Source of the DNA: an uncultured Candidatus Saccharibacteria bacterium
GTDB lineage: Bacteria > Patescibacteriota > Minisyncoccia > Phycocordibacterales > CAZPGN01
Length of the DNA stretch: 64,000 bases
Assembly (NCBI GenBank): GCA_964586635.1
Contig: CAZPGN010000001.1
Coordinates: 72,932-136,931, forward strand
Direction: 5' to 3'
Shown: positions 27,968 to 37,901 of the stretch, piece by piece
Layout: every line of letters begins with the position of its first letter
Position numbering within the stretch: position 1 is the stretch's first letter
Program-made: the position numbers and the translations under genes
The notes under the pieces: generated by a model
What the model was told of the DNA's origin: nothing
Database searches by the model: none
Seen by the model: the letters and a program-made list of their open reading frames with translations, nothing else

Positions 27968-30142
27968 ATGTCTACGCTAGTATTGGTAGAATCGCCCGCA
28001 AAGGCAAAAACTATCTCAAAATATCTGGGGACAGGCTTTACGGTAAAGGCGACCGTGGGTCACATTCGCGACTTGCCCAAGAGCAACAAAAAAGCTATCG
28101 ATATCGAGGGCGGCTTTGTGCCTCACTACGAAATCGTTAAGGGAAAGGAAAAGATAGTGGACGAAATACGACGACTCGCCAAGAAGGCCGATTCCGTCTT
28201 GCTTGCGACTGACCCAGACCGCGAGGGAGAAGCCATTGCGTGGCATGTCGCCGAGGCGGCAGAACTCAATCACCCAAAGCGAGTAGTCTTCCACGAAATC
28301 ACCAAGACTGCCGTACAAGATGCGGTTGCGCATCCGCGAGAGGTTGACCAAAACCTTCGCAAGGCGCAGGAAGCACGGCGAGTGCTGGATCGCCTTGTTG
28401 GTTATGACCTTTCTGGACTTATCTGGAAGAAGCTACGCTACGGTCTTTCAGCAGGGCGCGTTCAATCTCCCGCGCTCCGAATAGTCGTCGAGCGCGAACG
28501 CGAAATACAGGCGTTTGTCCCAGAAGACTTCTGGGTGATAACAGGAGCCTTTGCGACCGTAAACGGCTCGAAAATGCTTCTTATCTGTTCGGAAGAACCA
28601 AGAACACAGGCGGAAACCGATCGCATTCTCGAACAAGCCCGCGCGAGCGAATGGAAAATATCGGAAGTCAAGGAGACAAAAACACAGCGCAACCCGAATC
28701 CACCATTCACTACTTCAACACTCCAGCAGAGCGCCTCCTCGCGACTTGGATACTCACCTTCCCGAACAATGAAACTCGCCCAAGGCCTTTATGAGAAGGG
28801 CCTTATCACTTATATGCGCACCGATTCGACAACACTATCGAAGGAGGCCATTGCGCACATGGGTTCGTACATAATGAAAACATTTGGCACGAGCTATGCC
28901 GATGCAAAGAATTTTCAAACCAAAAGCAAAGTCGCTCAAGAAGCGCACGAAGCTATTAGGCCAACTTCTGCAACCGTTACAAGCGGCGGCGCAAATCCCG
29001 ATGAGCAAAAATTGTATGGGCTCATCTGGCGGCGCGCGCTCGCCAGCCAAATGAAACCCGCAGATATACTTAGAACAAAAATATCCGCGTCTGTGGTAGG
29101 TAATTCAATTCCCTCATTTGCGGTTACTGGCTCTAGAACGCTCTTTGACGGATGGCTCGCGCTGGACAAAGCCGCGGCAGGAGATGATTTGGAATTGCCA
29201 GCCGTTTCTGCTGGAGACCATATCGAACTCCGCGAGATTTGGGAGGAACACAAGCAAACGGAACCTCCCAAACGGTATACGGAGGCGGGTCTCATTAAGG
29301 AGCTTGAAAAGCGCGGGATCGGCCGCCCCAGCACATATGCCGCCATAATGCATACGCTCGGCGAGCGCAAGTATGTTGAAAAGGAAGGACGCTCCCTGAA
29401 GCCAACCGAGACCGGGGAGGCGGTGAGCGCGTTCCTTGAAAATCATTTCGCGACTATCATTAGCGATTCATTCACAGCAGAGATGGAGGAAGAACTTGAT
29501 GATGTGGCGAATGGCACGCTTAGCTACGCGAATCTCCTTTCCGAATTTTATGGTCCGTTTATGAAGCAGGTAGCTTCAAAAGCAGATATTCCGAGAATTA
29601 ATGATTTCGGCGATGCGCCAAAGGAGTTCACTTGCCCCATATGCACGGGTGCAATGAAATACAAACTTGGACGGAATGGAATGTTTATGAGCTGTGCGCG
29701 ATTCCCTGACTGTAGCGGCGCGCGAACGAGAACTGGAGAGATAATGAAAGCTCCCGAGGAGACGGGTGAGGATTGCCCAGAGTGTCTAGAAGGAAAGCTT
29801 GTTCTGCGAGCGGGGCGTTTTGGCACGTTTATTGCCTGCAGTCGCTATCCAAAATGCAAATATGTAAAACAAGATGAAGCGGAGGCCGCTAAGAAGGACA
29901 CGGGAATACAGTGCCCAGTCTGCAAGGAAGGAACTATGGTAGAACGCGCGGGGCGCTTTGGCATTTTCTATAGCTGTTCCCGCTACCCAACATGCTCCAA
30001 CGCGATTAAAGCAAGGCCGACCGGGGATTTGTGTCAACTCTGCGGCTCCCTTATGATGGAGGGGACAAAAACCATCCCTACACGCTGTTCAAACAAGACA
30101 TGCGAGAACCACAACCCGCACAAGAAATTACGAGCCTCTTGA
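27968..30142 (+). CDS. topA: DNA topoisomerase I
   Basis: TLVLVESPAKAKTISKYLG is the TOPRIM N-terminus. GYDLSGLIWKKL, the active-site Tyr region (ITYMRTDST) and four C-terminal C4 zinc-ribbon repeats (CPICTG…C, CPEC…C, CPVC…C, CQLC…C) are present. Confidence 0.9.
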   Translation: MSTLVLVESPAKAKTISKYLGTGFTVKATVGHIRDLPKSNKKAIDIEGGFVPHYEIVKGKEKIVDEIRRLAKKADSVLLATDPDREGEAIAWHVAEAAELNHPKRVVFHEITKTAVQDAVAHPREVDQNLRKAQEARRVLDRLVGYDLSGLIWKKLRYGLSAGRVQSPALRIVVEREREIQAFVPEDFWVITGAFATVNGSKMLLICSEEPRTQAETDRILEQARASEWKISEVKETKTQRNPNPPFTTSTLQQSASSRLGYSPSRTMKLAQGLYEKGLITYMRTDSTTLSKEAIAHMGSYIMKTFGTSYADAKNFQTKSKVAQEAHEAIRPTSATVTSGGANPDEQKLYGLIWRRALASQMKPADILRTKISASVVGNSIPSFAVTGSRTLFDGWLALDKAAAGDDLELPAVSAGDHIELREIWEEHKQTEPPKRYTEAGLIKELEKRGIGRPSTYAAIMHTLGERKYVEKEGRSLKPTETGEAVSAFLENHFATIISDSFTAEMEEELDDVANGTLSYANLLSEFYGPFMKQVASKADIPRINDFGDAPKEFTCPICTGAMKYKLGRNGMFMSCARFPDCSGARTRTGEIMKAPEETGEDCPECLEGKLVLRAGRFGTFIACSRYPKCKYVKQDEAEAAKKDTGIQCPVCKEGTMVERAGRFGIFYSCSRYPTCSNAIKARPTGDLCQLCGSLMMEGTKTIPTRCSNKTCENHNPHKKLRAS

Positions 30143-31536
30143 AAGGCGCAACCGATGATGATAAAAGGCGCATAGTTGCGGCATATGAATTTGCTGAAGT
30201 GGCGCACGCGAATCAAAAACGGCTTTCCGGTGAACCATATATAGTTCACGCAATAGAGACCGCAAAAATCCTGGCGGAACTCGGCATGGATGCGGAGACT
30301 GTTACAGCCGGTCTTCTGCATGACTCACTCGAGGATACCAGCATTTCAAAAAAAGAGCTCGAACAAGCATTCGGGTCGAGCATTCTCTTTCTCGTGGAGA
30401 GTGTAACAAAACTCGGCACACTCAAATACAAAGGCGCTGATAGACATATCGAAAGCTTGCGAAAGCTCTTCTTGGCTATGGCTCAAGACATTCGGGTCGT
30501 TATCATAAAACTTGCCGATCGGCTCCATAATATCCGCACCCTACAGTATGTCCTCGCGGAGAAACGCCAGCGGATAGCGCTTGAGACATTGGAAATATTC
30601 GCCCCGATTGCGAATCGCCTCGGGATGGGCCGACTACAGGCCGAGCTCGAGGATTGTTCATTCCCCTATGCATACCCCAATGAATTCTCCCGAGTAAAGG
30701 AAATTCTTTCTCGCGAGAGCAATATGACCGAAAGGGGTTTGCAACTCGTGTATGAAAAACTCCGATCCGCTCTCGAAAACCATGGCATTGCGAAGGCCGC
30801 AGTCGCATACCGCGTTAAGCACACATACAGTCTGTATAAAAAATTGATGCGCAAGGATTGGGATTTAACCAAAGTGCACGACATCCGAGCTGTGCGCATT
30901 ATCGTCCCGACTCTCGAGGATTGTTATCGAGCTCTCGGCGTTGTGCACGGACTCTGGCAACCGCTCCCAGGCCGCGTTAAGGACTACATTGCGACTCCCA
31001 AACCAAATGGCTACCGCTCCATTCATACCAGCGTATTCACAGGAGACGGTGGAATCGCGGAAATACAGATACGCACGGAAGGCATGCATCAAGAAGCGGA
31101 ATATGGTATTGCATCTCATATCGCGTACGATATCGCAGATAAGCCGAGAAGCGGAGGAAGGTTAAACAAGAAATTGACCTGGGTGCAACAGCTAATCGAC
31201 TGGCAGAAGCAAATTTCAGAATCTAATGAATTTCTCGAAAATCTCAAGGTTGACTTTTTTCAGTACCGCGTGTTCACATTCACACCTAAGGGAGATGTAA
31301 TTGAACTGCCAGAAAACTCAAGTCCCATCGATTTCGCATACGCAATCCATTCCGAGATCGGAGATCACATTGCTGGAGCGAAGGTCAATGGCAAGCTCGT
31401 CTCACTTGACACCGAACTAAAGAATGGTGACATCATCGAAATAGTTACGAGTAAGAAAAGCCGCCCAAGTCAAAAGTGGCTTTCGCATGCTCGCACATCG
31501 GGAGCGCGCAAGCGGATACGCAACCTTATCGGCTAA
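30100..31536 (+). CDS. rel: bifunctional (p)ppGpp synthetase/hydrolase Rel/SpoT (HD + synthetase + TGS; no ACT region)
   Basis: HANQKRLSGEPYIVHAIETAKILAEL…LLHDSLEDT is the HD domain. RVKEILSRE…HDIRAVRIIV…YRSIHTSV is the synthetase domain. The C-terminal TGS is GDVIELPENSSPIDFAYAIHSEIG. The start may instead be the TTG at 30139 overlapping the topA stop. Confidence 0.8.
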   Translation: MREPQPAQEITSLLKGATDDDKRRIVAAYEFAEVAHANQKRLSGEPYIVHAIETAKILAELGMDAETVTAGLLHDSLEDTSISKKELEQAFGSSILFLVESVTKLGTLKYKGADRHIESLRKLFLAMAQDIRVVIIKLADRLHNIRTLQYVLAEKRQRIALETLEIFAPIANRLGMGRLQAELEDCSFPYAYPNEFSRVKEILSRESNMTERGLQLVYEKLRSALENHGIAKAAVAYRVKHTYSLYKKLMRKDWDLTKVHDIRAVRIIVPTLEDCYRALGVVHGLWQPLPGRVKDYIATPKPNGYRSIHTSVFTGDGGIAEIQIRTEGMHQEAEYGIASHIAYDIADKPRSGGRLNKKLTWVQQLIDWQKQISESNEFLENLKVDFFQYRVFTFTPKGDVIELPENSSPIDFAYAIHSEIGDHIAGAKVNGKLVSLDTELKNGDIIEIVTSKKSRPSQKWLSHARTSGARKRIRNLIG

Positions 31537-32552
31537 ATGGTAAAACTGCTCACGGAGTACATCCCATCATCTTCTTTTTCGGAGGGAGGCGCTGGCTCGG
31601 CGGGATCTTCAGCAAGCACTTCTCCAGATGTTTCCATCTCGGAGAGGACTGGAGCAGGACTCTCGCCGCTCGCGAGATCTGAGAAATCTGGCACTTCGTG
31701 GTCTATCTCGAGTTTCTTAACCATTCGCTCCAACAATTCCTGTAGATCGTGATTCGAAAAGAAATCGATATGAATTCGTCCGCCGCCTTCCTTCATATTT
31801 CGAACATCTATCTGAACCCGAGTGCCCAGGCATTCGGTGAGCTTCTCTTCCATCTCGGCAACCTCGGGTTTGATACTCGCGATACGCGAACGAACACGAT
31901 GGTATGCGATGCGCCGCGACAAATCTTCAGACTCGCGCACATTCATACCCTTCGCCATAATTTCCTTGAAGAAAGTGATTTGCTCCTGCGGCTGGTCGGA
32001 GAGCATAAGAAGCGGACGGGTATGGCCTTCCCGTATCTTGTTCTCACGAAGCGCACAAAGTATCACATCCGGAAGACCGAGAATTCGGATCGAATTTGAG
32101 ACATACTCGCGGCTCATGCCGATCTTTTTTGCTATCTCCGTATGCTTGAATCTGAACTCGTCGACGAGTCGCTTGAAGGCCAACGCGCGATCAATGGGAC
32201 TCAAATCTTCTCGTTGAAGGTTTTCGATAATTGCGAGCTCCAACTTCATCTTGTCGCTCTGGTCTCCGATTCGTATGAGCACAGGCACCTGCTTGATACC
32301 TGCGATCTTGGATGCTCGCAGGCGGCGCTCACCGGCAATAAGCTCATAGGCTACTGCAATTCCTCCGTCATCCTTTTCGCTCTCCATGCGAGTGACGACG
32401 AGCGGCTGAAGAATGCCATACTGGCGAATCGAATCGGCAAGGTCGCGCAATCGCGCTTCATCGAAGTCGCGCCGAGGCTGATAAGGATTAGGGGTTATCT
32501 TTTCAACCTCAACCCAGTAAATCGAGTTGTCGAGTGTTGCGTTCGGTTCCAT
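31533..32552 (-). CDS. parB: ParB/Spo0J-like partition protein (ParB N-terminal nuclease-like domain + HTH)
   Basis: IYWVEVEKITPNPYQPRRDFDEARLRDLADSIRQYGILQPLVVTR is the ParB box. GERRLRASKIAG is a ParB arginine patch. No parA is adjacent. Confidence 0.75.
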   Translation of the reverse strand: MEPNATLDNSIYWVEVEKITPNPYQPRRDFDEARLRDLADSIRQYGILQPLVVTRMESEKDDGGIAVAYELIAGERRLRASKIAGIKQVPVLIRIGDQSDKMKLELAIIENLQREDLSPIDRALAFKRLVDEFRFKHTEIAKKIGMSREYVSNSIRILGLPDVILCALRENKIREGHTRPLLMLSDQPQEQITFFKEIMAKGMNVRESEDLSRRIAYHRVRSRIASIKPEVAEMEEKLTECLGTRVQIDVRNMKEGGGRIHIDFFSNHDLQELLERMVKKLEIDHEVPDFSDLASGESPAPVLSEMETSGEVLAEDPAEPAPPSEKEDDGMYSVSSFTI

Positions 32553-32711
32553 TCGATTAGTATAGCACGCAACATCAGCAATGCATCCCCTTTTTCGTAG
32601 CTCACCTGTGGATACTTGACACATTTGTCAACATGGACTGTAATTGGGTTTAGTTACTGTCAAACCTTATTTTGATTTCTCTTTTCTCAATGCTATATTG
32701 CACACTGCAAA

Positions 32712-32796
<85 letters not shown>

Positions 32797-32847
32797 TTGA
32801 TAAATGATCTTGTTTTGTTATTGATACAAAGCATTTGGGGAAATATT

Positions 32848-33774
32848 ATGAAAGCCCCTACGCCAAAAATTCTTGTTATCGTCGGGCCAACTTGCTCGGG
32901 AAAAAGTGCGCTCGCGGTTGAGCTCGCTCTCCGCTTGCACGGCGAAGTGGTTTCGGTTGATTCTCGACAGGTGTATCGGGGACTCGATATTGGCACAGGA
33001 AAAGTAACTGCGGAAGAAATGCGCGGAGTCCCGCACCACCTCCTCAATGTAGCCGACCCGCACACGCGATTCACTGTCCAGAATTTTCAAATGCTTGCCT
33101 ATCGCGCGATAGACGAGATTCTTTCTCGCGGTAAATTGCCAATAGTTGCCGGCGGCGCCGGTTTTTACATCCAATCGATTACGGACGGCCTTGTCCTGCC
33201 AAGCGTACCTCCAAATCCCTTACTGCGCGGTGAACTTGAGACACAAGGTACGGAAGAATTGTGGCGAACGCTTCGGCGCGAAGATGCCGAACGGTCAGAA
33301 ACAATAGATAGGCGCAATCGCCGTCGGCTCATTCGTGCCATAGAGATCGCATATGCTATAGGAAAGGTGTCGGCACTTAAAAAGCAGCCACACTACTCCC
33401 CTATTATTATCGGACTTGAGATACCACAAAAAGAACTCTTTCTCAAAATTCACGCTCGCCTTATCGAGAGAATTAATGCGGGGATGATACATGAAGCTGA
33501 ATTGCTCCGTTCTGAAGGTCTCTCATATGAGCGCATGGATTCACTCGGATTAGAATACCGATATCTTGCAATGTTATTAAAAAAAGAAATCTCGCATGAC
33601 GAGTTTATGCAAAAACTCGAGATCGAGATCCAACAGTATGCTAAGCGCCAGATGACATGGTTTAAGAAAGATGTGCGAATTCAGTGGTTTTCCCCACACG
33701 ATGTCAATCGCATCTTTGATTATGCAAAAAATAAACTGTCGGAAAATGGGTCGGCTATTGTTAGCAGGGGCTAA
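32848..33774 (+). CDS. miaA: tRNA dimethylallyltransferase
   Basis: ILVIVGPTCSGKSALAVELA is the P-loop. VSVDSRQVYRGLDIGTGK is the MiaA signature. The 3-prime end overlaps the antisense tRNA-Trp by about 10 nt. Confidence 0.85.
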   Translation: MKAPTPKILVIVGPTCSGKSALAVELALRLHGEVVSVDSRQVYRGLDIGTGKVTAEEMRGVPHHLLNVADPHTRFTVQNFQMLAYRAIDEILSRGKLPIVAGGAGFYIQSITDGLVLPSVPPNPLLRGELETQGTEELWRTLRREDAERSETIDRRNRRRLIRAIEIAYAIGKVSALKKQPHYSPIIIGLEIPQKELFLKIHARLIERINAGMIHEAELLRSEGLSYERMDSLGLEYRYLAMLLKKEISHDEFMQKLEIEIQQYAKRQMTWFKKDVRIQWFSPHDVNRIFDYAKNKLSENGSAIVSRG

Positions 33775-33835
33775 GAGAATCGAACTCCTGACTAGGGTTT
33801 TGGAGACCCTTGTTTTACCACTAAACTAAGCCCCC
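33765..33835 (-). tRNA. tRNA-Trp (anticodon CCA)
   Basis: On the minus strand: GGGGGCT…AGCCCCT acceptor (G1-U72), D arm GTTT-AGTGGTA-AAAC, anticodon arm AGGGT-CTCCAAA-ACCCT, T arm AGGAG-TTCGATT-CTCTT, discriminator G. Resembles E. coli tRNA-Trp. Confidence 0.8.
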
Positions 33836-33838
33836 GAA

Positions 33839-33997
33839 CTACTTCTTGAGCTCTTTATGTTTTGTGCGCGCCTTGCACCATTTGCAGTATTTGATGAGCT
33901 CAATCTTGCGCTCCACGCGCTTCTTGTTCTTGCGGCTCCAATAATTGATGCGCTTGCACTTGCCGCATTGCAATTTTATCAGAAAGTCCTGTGACAT
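33839..33997 (-). CDS. rpmG: 50S ribosomal protein L33
   Basis: MSQDFLIKLQCGKCKRINYWSRKNKKRVERKIELIKYCKWCKARTKHKELKK has the L33 C4 zinc-ribbon pattern (CxxC…CxxC) and 52-aa length. Confidence 0.8.
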   Translation of the reverse strand: MSQDFLIKLQCGKCKRINYWSRKNKKRVERKIELIKYCKWCKARTKHKELKK

Positions 33998-34029
33998 ACG
34001 AAGCACTATAGAGAAACACGCCCTAAAAA

Positions 34030-34812
34030 TCAAGCCTGTGGCACGGTGGCGCTAGGGATGCTCTGCGGTTCGGAAACGGTTCGACCAATTCCATTTTTCT
34101 GCGCTAGTAATTTATAGATATACGCGCTGGCGAGCATTGTAGTCGGAATCGTTATAAAAAGTCCGACTATAAAAGCTAGGGCGCCCAGAATATTCAAAAT
34201 GGCCGCGACAATCATTAGTCTAACGAGAAGCCAGACATGCCCTTCGGTCGCATTCCATGACTTCCTAACGGCAGACAGACCCCAATCACCGGTGTCTACA
34301 AAAATATATGCGGGCATAAATCCAAGGCGGAGTTCTATATACACCCCCGCTATAACAATTGCGGCCTCAACGACAATGAACAAGGCCACATTTCCAGTAA
34401 AGAGCACGGTTAATGAAATGAGGAACGCTACGGCGACAATCAATTGCGCGGGAAGACTTGCAAGCAAAACTGTCCATAAATATTTTGGCACAAGGCGCCA
34501 ATGCCGAACAAGGTCGGATAGACGTGCGTCCGCTCCGTACGCAAACGAAACAGAAATATGAGTCAGGCCGACGCTTACGAGAAATGTAATGAAAGTTGCA
34601 ATGAGCACAAGAAGTAGAGAAATGAAATTCGTTATGATGGTTTCGGGATAATTCACAAAATACGACCCAAGTGGGACCGAAAGGAGCCGGGGCGCATAAT
34701 AAAGAAACCCTGATAGAAGCGCGACCTTCACGAAAAACCACAAATTTTTCATCGTGGTATCGTAACCAAACCTGATTGCACTTGAAACCTGTAATGATTC
34801 GTTCGTATTCAT
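34030..34812 (-). CDS. DUF975-like polytopic membrane protein
   Basis: 260 aa with about 6 TM segments. Its architecture resembles the DUF975/YciC-like family. The family assignment is tentative. Confidence 0.4.
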   Translation of the reverse strand: MNTNESLQVSSAIRFGYDTTMKNLWFFVKVALLSGFLYYAPRLLSVPLGSYFVNYPETIITNFISLLLVLIATFITFLVSVGLTHISVSFAYGADARLSDLVRHWRLVPKYLWTVLLASLPAQLIVAVAFLISLTVLFTGNVALFIVVEAAIVIAGVYIELRLGFMPAYIFVDTGDWGLSAVRKSWNATEGHVWLLVRLMIVAAILNILGALAFIVGLFITIPTTMLASAYIYKLLAQKNGIGRTVSEPQSIPSATVPQA

Positions 34813-34869
34813 ATATGCATATTATCATTTATGTGCCAATCTGCACATGCAACCGCATTGGCATAGAAA

Positions 34870-34892
34870 ATGAAGGCTCCTGACCCCTTCAT
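34870..34892 (-). repeat. REP-like hairpin repeat copy (ATGAAGGCTCCTGACCCCTTCAT)
   Basis: Identical 23-mer. The minus-strand reading GAAGGGGTCAGGAGCCTTCATTTTCT is followed by a T run and lies downstream of tRNA-Tyr on the minus strand. Confidence 0.8.
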
Positions 34893-34987
34893 CGGGATTC
34901 TCTCCTTACAGGAGCAGTACCCCGATTGGTTTTTTTTCTTCGTCTACGGACTCGAAAAAATACTCAATCGGGCTTCGAATCCCTCAC

Positions 34988-35006
34988 GGAGTGCCCCCGG
35001 CACTCC
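34988..35006. other. perfect 8-bp stem / 3-nt loop hairpin (GGAGTGCC-CCC-GGCACTCC) inside an unassigned 140-nt region between tRNA-Tyr and the REP copy
   Basis: Direct reading. The adjacent near-palindrome GGGCTTCGAATCCC (34968..34981) is T-arm-like but does not complete a cloverleaf. Confidence 0.5.
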
Positions 35007-35035
35007 TCCTACGCAAAACGCCATTCTGTCGTTTA

Positions 35036-35119
35036 TGCGTAGGGAGGGATTCGAACCCCCGAAGCCGCTAGGGCGACTGGTCTACAGCCAGTTGCGATTG
35101 ACCACTCCGCCACCTACGC
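35036..35119 (-). tRNA. tRNA-Tyr (anticodon GTA), type II long variable arm
   Basis: On the minus strand: acceptor GCGTAGG/CCTACGC, anticodon arm ACTGG-CTGTAGA-CCAGT, variable hairpin CGCCCTAGCGGC, T arm GGGGG-TTCGAAT-CCCTC, discriminator A. No CCA encoded. Confidence 0.85.
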
Positions 35120-35162
35120 ATGCAGGGAGCAGTATAACATCGATTTGCAGTTCAAATCAAAA

Positions 35163-37829
35163 TTAAGAACGGGAGGATGCCACCTGATGAGATACTGTCC
35201 GCCGCGATGATTTCGGTGATACTGCGATGGCAAGGTCATTGTCTTTTACTTCAACGAGGATATTCGCCTGTTCCGGCGCTGTTTTTGCGACGAGCATCTC
35301 GGCAAGCGGGTTCAGGATGCGACTCTGGATAAGACGACGAATCGGCCGCGCGCCGTATTGCGCCGAGTAGCCCTCGCGGGCGATCCATTCGAGGGCGGAC
35401 GGCATCACCGTGAGCGAAATTTCTTTTGTGCGCAATCGCTTCGCGACTTCCGCGATCTGTATCTCAACGATCGTCTTGATGATATCTCGGCCGAGCATAT
35501 TGAAAACGACTATCTCGTCGAGGCGGTTCAAAAATTCTGGTCGGAAATGGTTCTTCAGACTGTCGGTTATCTTTTCGCGTATCGCATCTTGCGTGTCATC
35601 ACTGCCCGAATCGAACCCGATTTTTTGCATTTTATTGAAGTGTTCGGAGCCGATGTTTGAAGTGAGTATAATGACGGCATTCTTAAAATTGACAACTCGA
35701 CCCTTTGAATCTGTCAATCGCCCGTTATCAAGCACTTGCAGAAGAATGTTGAACACTTCAGGATGCGCCTTCTCTATTTCGTCAAAAAGAATAATGGAGT
35801 AGGGGCGATGACGCACCGATTCGGTCAACGAACCACTCTCGTCGTATCCCACATAACCAGGAGGAGAACCGATGAGTTTCGAAATGGCATGCCGCTCCAT
35901 ATATTCCGACATATCTACGCGGATAATTGCTTTTTCGTCGTTGAACATGAATTCGGCGAGCGCGCGGGCAAGTTCTGTTTTGCCTACGCCAGTGGGGCCC
36001 AAGAACATAAACGAGCCGATTGGACGATCCGGATCTGAAATGCCCGCGCGTGAACGCTTCACAGCGTCCGATATCTTCTTGATAGCCTCATCTTGTCCAA
36101 CTACCCTCGAACGGAGCGTGTCCTCCATGCGCGATAGCTTTTGCGATTCTTCCTCGATCATTCGCGCGACCGGTATACGAGTCCAACGCGAAACAACCCC
36201 AGCAATGTCCTCTTCGGAAACTTCCTCACGAAGCACTTGTCGAGAGCGTTGGAGTTTACGCAGGCGATCTTGCACGCCCGTAAGCTCGCGTTCTTTTTCA
36301 GGAATCTTTCCGTAGCGGATTTCCGCGGCGCGCGAAAGGTCAGCATGCATTTCGGCATTCTCGGCATCAAGGCGCAACTCTTCAAGAGATTGTTTTAGCG
36401 CGCGCATATCGACAATGCTGTCGCGCTCATTTTTCCATTTAAGTTCCAGCTCGCGGGTTTTTTCGCGAAGTTCCGCAACCTCTTTTTCTATCGCTTTGAG
36501 GCGCGTACTAGCACGGCGCGATTTTGTTTCGTTCTTTAGGGCCTCCTTTTCTATCTCGAGACGGCGAATCTGACGATCGGTATTTTCAAGGAGCGCAGGC
36601 TTGTTCTCAAGCTGAAGCCGGAGTGCAGAGGCCGCCTCATCCACAAGATCTATCGCCTTATCTGGAAGAAAACGATCCGTAATATAGCGACTTGCGAGTG
36701 CGACCGCTGATACGATGGCGTCGTCAGTGATGCGAACACCGTGATGCAATTCGTATTTTTCTTTGAGACCTCGCAGAATGGCGACGGCATCATCTGTAGA
36801 AGGCTCGCCGATATACACCGGCTGAAATCGGCGCGTGAGCGCGGGGTCTCGCTCGATATATTTCTGATATTCCTTGAGTGTGGTCGCGCCGATAACGCGG
36901 AGTTCGCCCCGTGCGAGTGCCGGTTTCAACATATTCGATGCGTCTATAGAGCCTTCAGCGGCGCCCGCCCCAACGAGCGTGTGCGCCTCATCGATGAAAA
37001 GAATGATCGTGCCTGCCGCGCGTTCTATCTCTTTGAGTACATTTTTCAGTCGCTCTTCGAATTCTCCGCGGTATTTTGTGCCAGCAACAAGGAGGCCAAG
37101 ATCAAGCGACACGATTTCTTTGCCGCGAAGAGATTCAGGTGCATCACCCTTCGCTATGGCATTCGCCAGGCCCTCCGCTACGGCGGTCTTCCCAGTACCC
37201 GCTTCACCGATGAGTATCGGATTGTTTTTCGTGCGCCGCGAAAGTATCTGCATGATACGGCGTATCTCTTCATCTCGACCGATGACAGGATCGAGTTTGT
37301 CGGCCGCCGCAAGATGAGTCAAATTGCGACCATACTTCTCAAGCGCACGGAATTTTTTGGTTGTAGTAGTTTCAGTAATGTTGCCACTCTTTATCTCCTG
37401 CAGAACTCGGACGACATTGTCACGCGTGATACGAAAACGAGTCAAGAAATCGCGAGCAGGACTCGGCACTTCGACAAGCGCAACGAACAGGTGCTCCGTT
37501 GATACGAAATCGTCCTTGAAGGCGGCTGCAACTTTTGCGGAAGCATCGAGTACGCGAACAAGTTCTGGGGTCAAATATATCTGATATGATGGAGAAATAA
37601 TCGAACCTCCATCGGGACTCTCTACGCTCTCCGCCAAGTGATCGAGCAAGAGCGGAGTATCGATCTCAAGCTTGTCGAGTATCGACATGATGATACTCTC
37701 CTCCTGCAAAAGGAGCGCGAGTAGCAGGTGTACGGGGCTTACCTGATTCTGTCCTCGCTCAATAATGAGCTCGTGCGCCTTGCGTATCGCTTCCCGCGCT
37801 TTTGAAGTGAAGTTACTAAATGGCATCAT
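35163..37829 (-). CDS. clpB: ATP-dependent chaperone ClpB
   Basis: 888 aa. Two AAA+ modules: [15 protein letters not shown] (Walker A of NBD1) and [17 protein letters not shown] (Walker A of NBD2). A long coiled-coil M-domain lies between them. An N-terminal Clp_N repeat is present. Confidence 0.9.
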   Translation of the reverse strand: MMPFSNFTSKAREAIRKAHELIIERGQNQVSPVHLLLALLLQEESIIMSILDKLEIDTPLLLDHLAESVESPDGGSIISPSYQIYLTPELVRVLDASAKVAAAFKDDFVSTEHLFVALVEVPSPARDFLTRFRITRDNVVRVLQEIKSGNITETTTTKKFRALEKYGRNLTHLAAADKLDPVIGRDEEIRRIMQILSRRTKNNPILIGEAGTGKTAVAEGLANAIAKGDAPESLRGKEIVSLDLGLLVAGTKYRGEFEERLKNVLKEIERAAGTIILFIDEAHTLVGAGAAEGSIDASNMLKPALARGELRVIGATTLKEYQKYIERDPALTRRFQPVYIGEPSTDDAVAILRGLKEKYELHHGVRITDDAIVSAVALASRYITDRFLPDKAIDLVDEAASALRLQLENKPALLENTDRQIRRLEIEKEALKNETKSRRASTRLKAIEKEVAELREKTRELELKWKNERDSIVDMRALKQSLEELRLDAENAEMHADLSRAAEIRYGKIPEKERELTGVQDRLRKLQRSRQVLREEVSEEDIAGVVSRWTRIPVARMIEEESQKLSRMEDTLRSRVVGQDEAIKKISDAVKRSRAGISDPDRPIGSFMFLGPTGVGKTELARALAEFMFNDEKAIIRVDMSEYMERHAISKLIGSPPGYVGYDESGSLTESVRHRPYSIILFDEIEKAHPEVFNILLQVLDNGRLTDSKGRVVNFKNAVIILTSNIGSEHFNKMQKIGFDSGSDDTQDAIREKITDSLKNHFRPEFLNRLDEIVVFNMLGRDIIKTIVEIQIAEVAKRLRTKEISLTVMPSALEWIAREGYSAQYGARPIRRLIQSRILNPLAEMLVAKTAPEQANILVEVKDNDLAIAVSPKSSRRTVSHQVASSRS

Positions 37830-37901
37830 AGATTTTTACAACTTCATTGTCCCTTCATTGTACAAAGTCCTAGAAGCATTGTCAATACCGCCCATGCCGC
37901 G

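Noticed and set aside
34955-35035. Second tRNA gene adjacent to tRNA-Tyr, suggested by the GGGCTTCGAATCCC T-arm-like motif
   Set aside because: No acceptor, D or anticodon arms could be paired on either strand. It is reported only as an unexplained structured segment.
34870-35166. ORF starting MKAPDPFIGILS… (also 42222..42473 minus and 60310..60606 minus, all beginning MKAPDPFI)
   Set aside because: All three near-identical N-termini are translations of the ATGAAGGCTCCTGACCCCTTCAT hairpin repeat. The ORFs run through tRNA genes or the antisense of real genes. They are repeat artefacts, not a protein family.
35358-37584. Numerous plus-strand ORFs of 85-250 aa inside clpB, and similar antisense ORFs inside gyrA, argS, the giant gene and the GH15 gene
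   Set aside because: They are antisense to long, well-supported genes with clear family motifs. They are a typical GC-rich antisense open-frame artefact.
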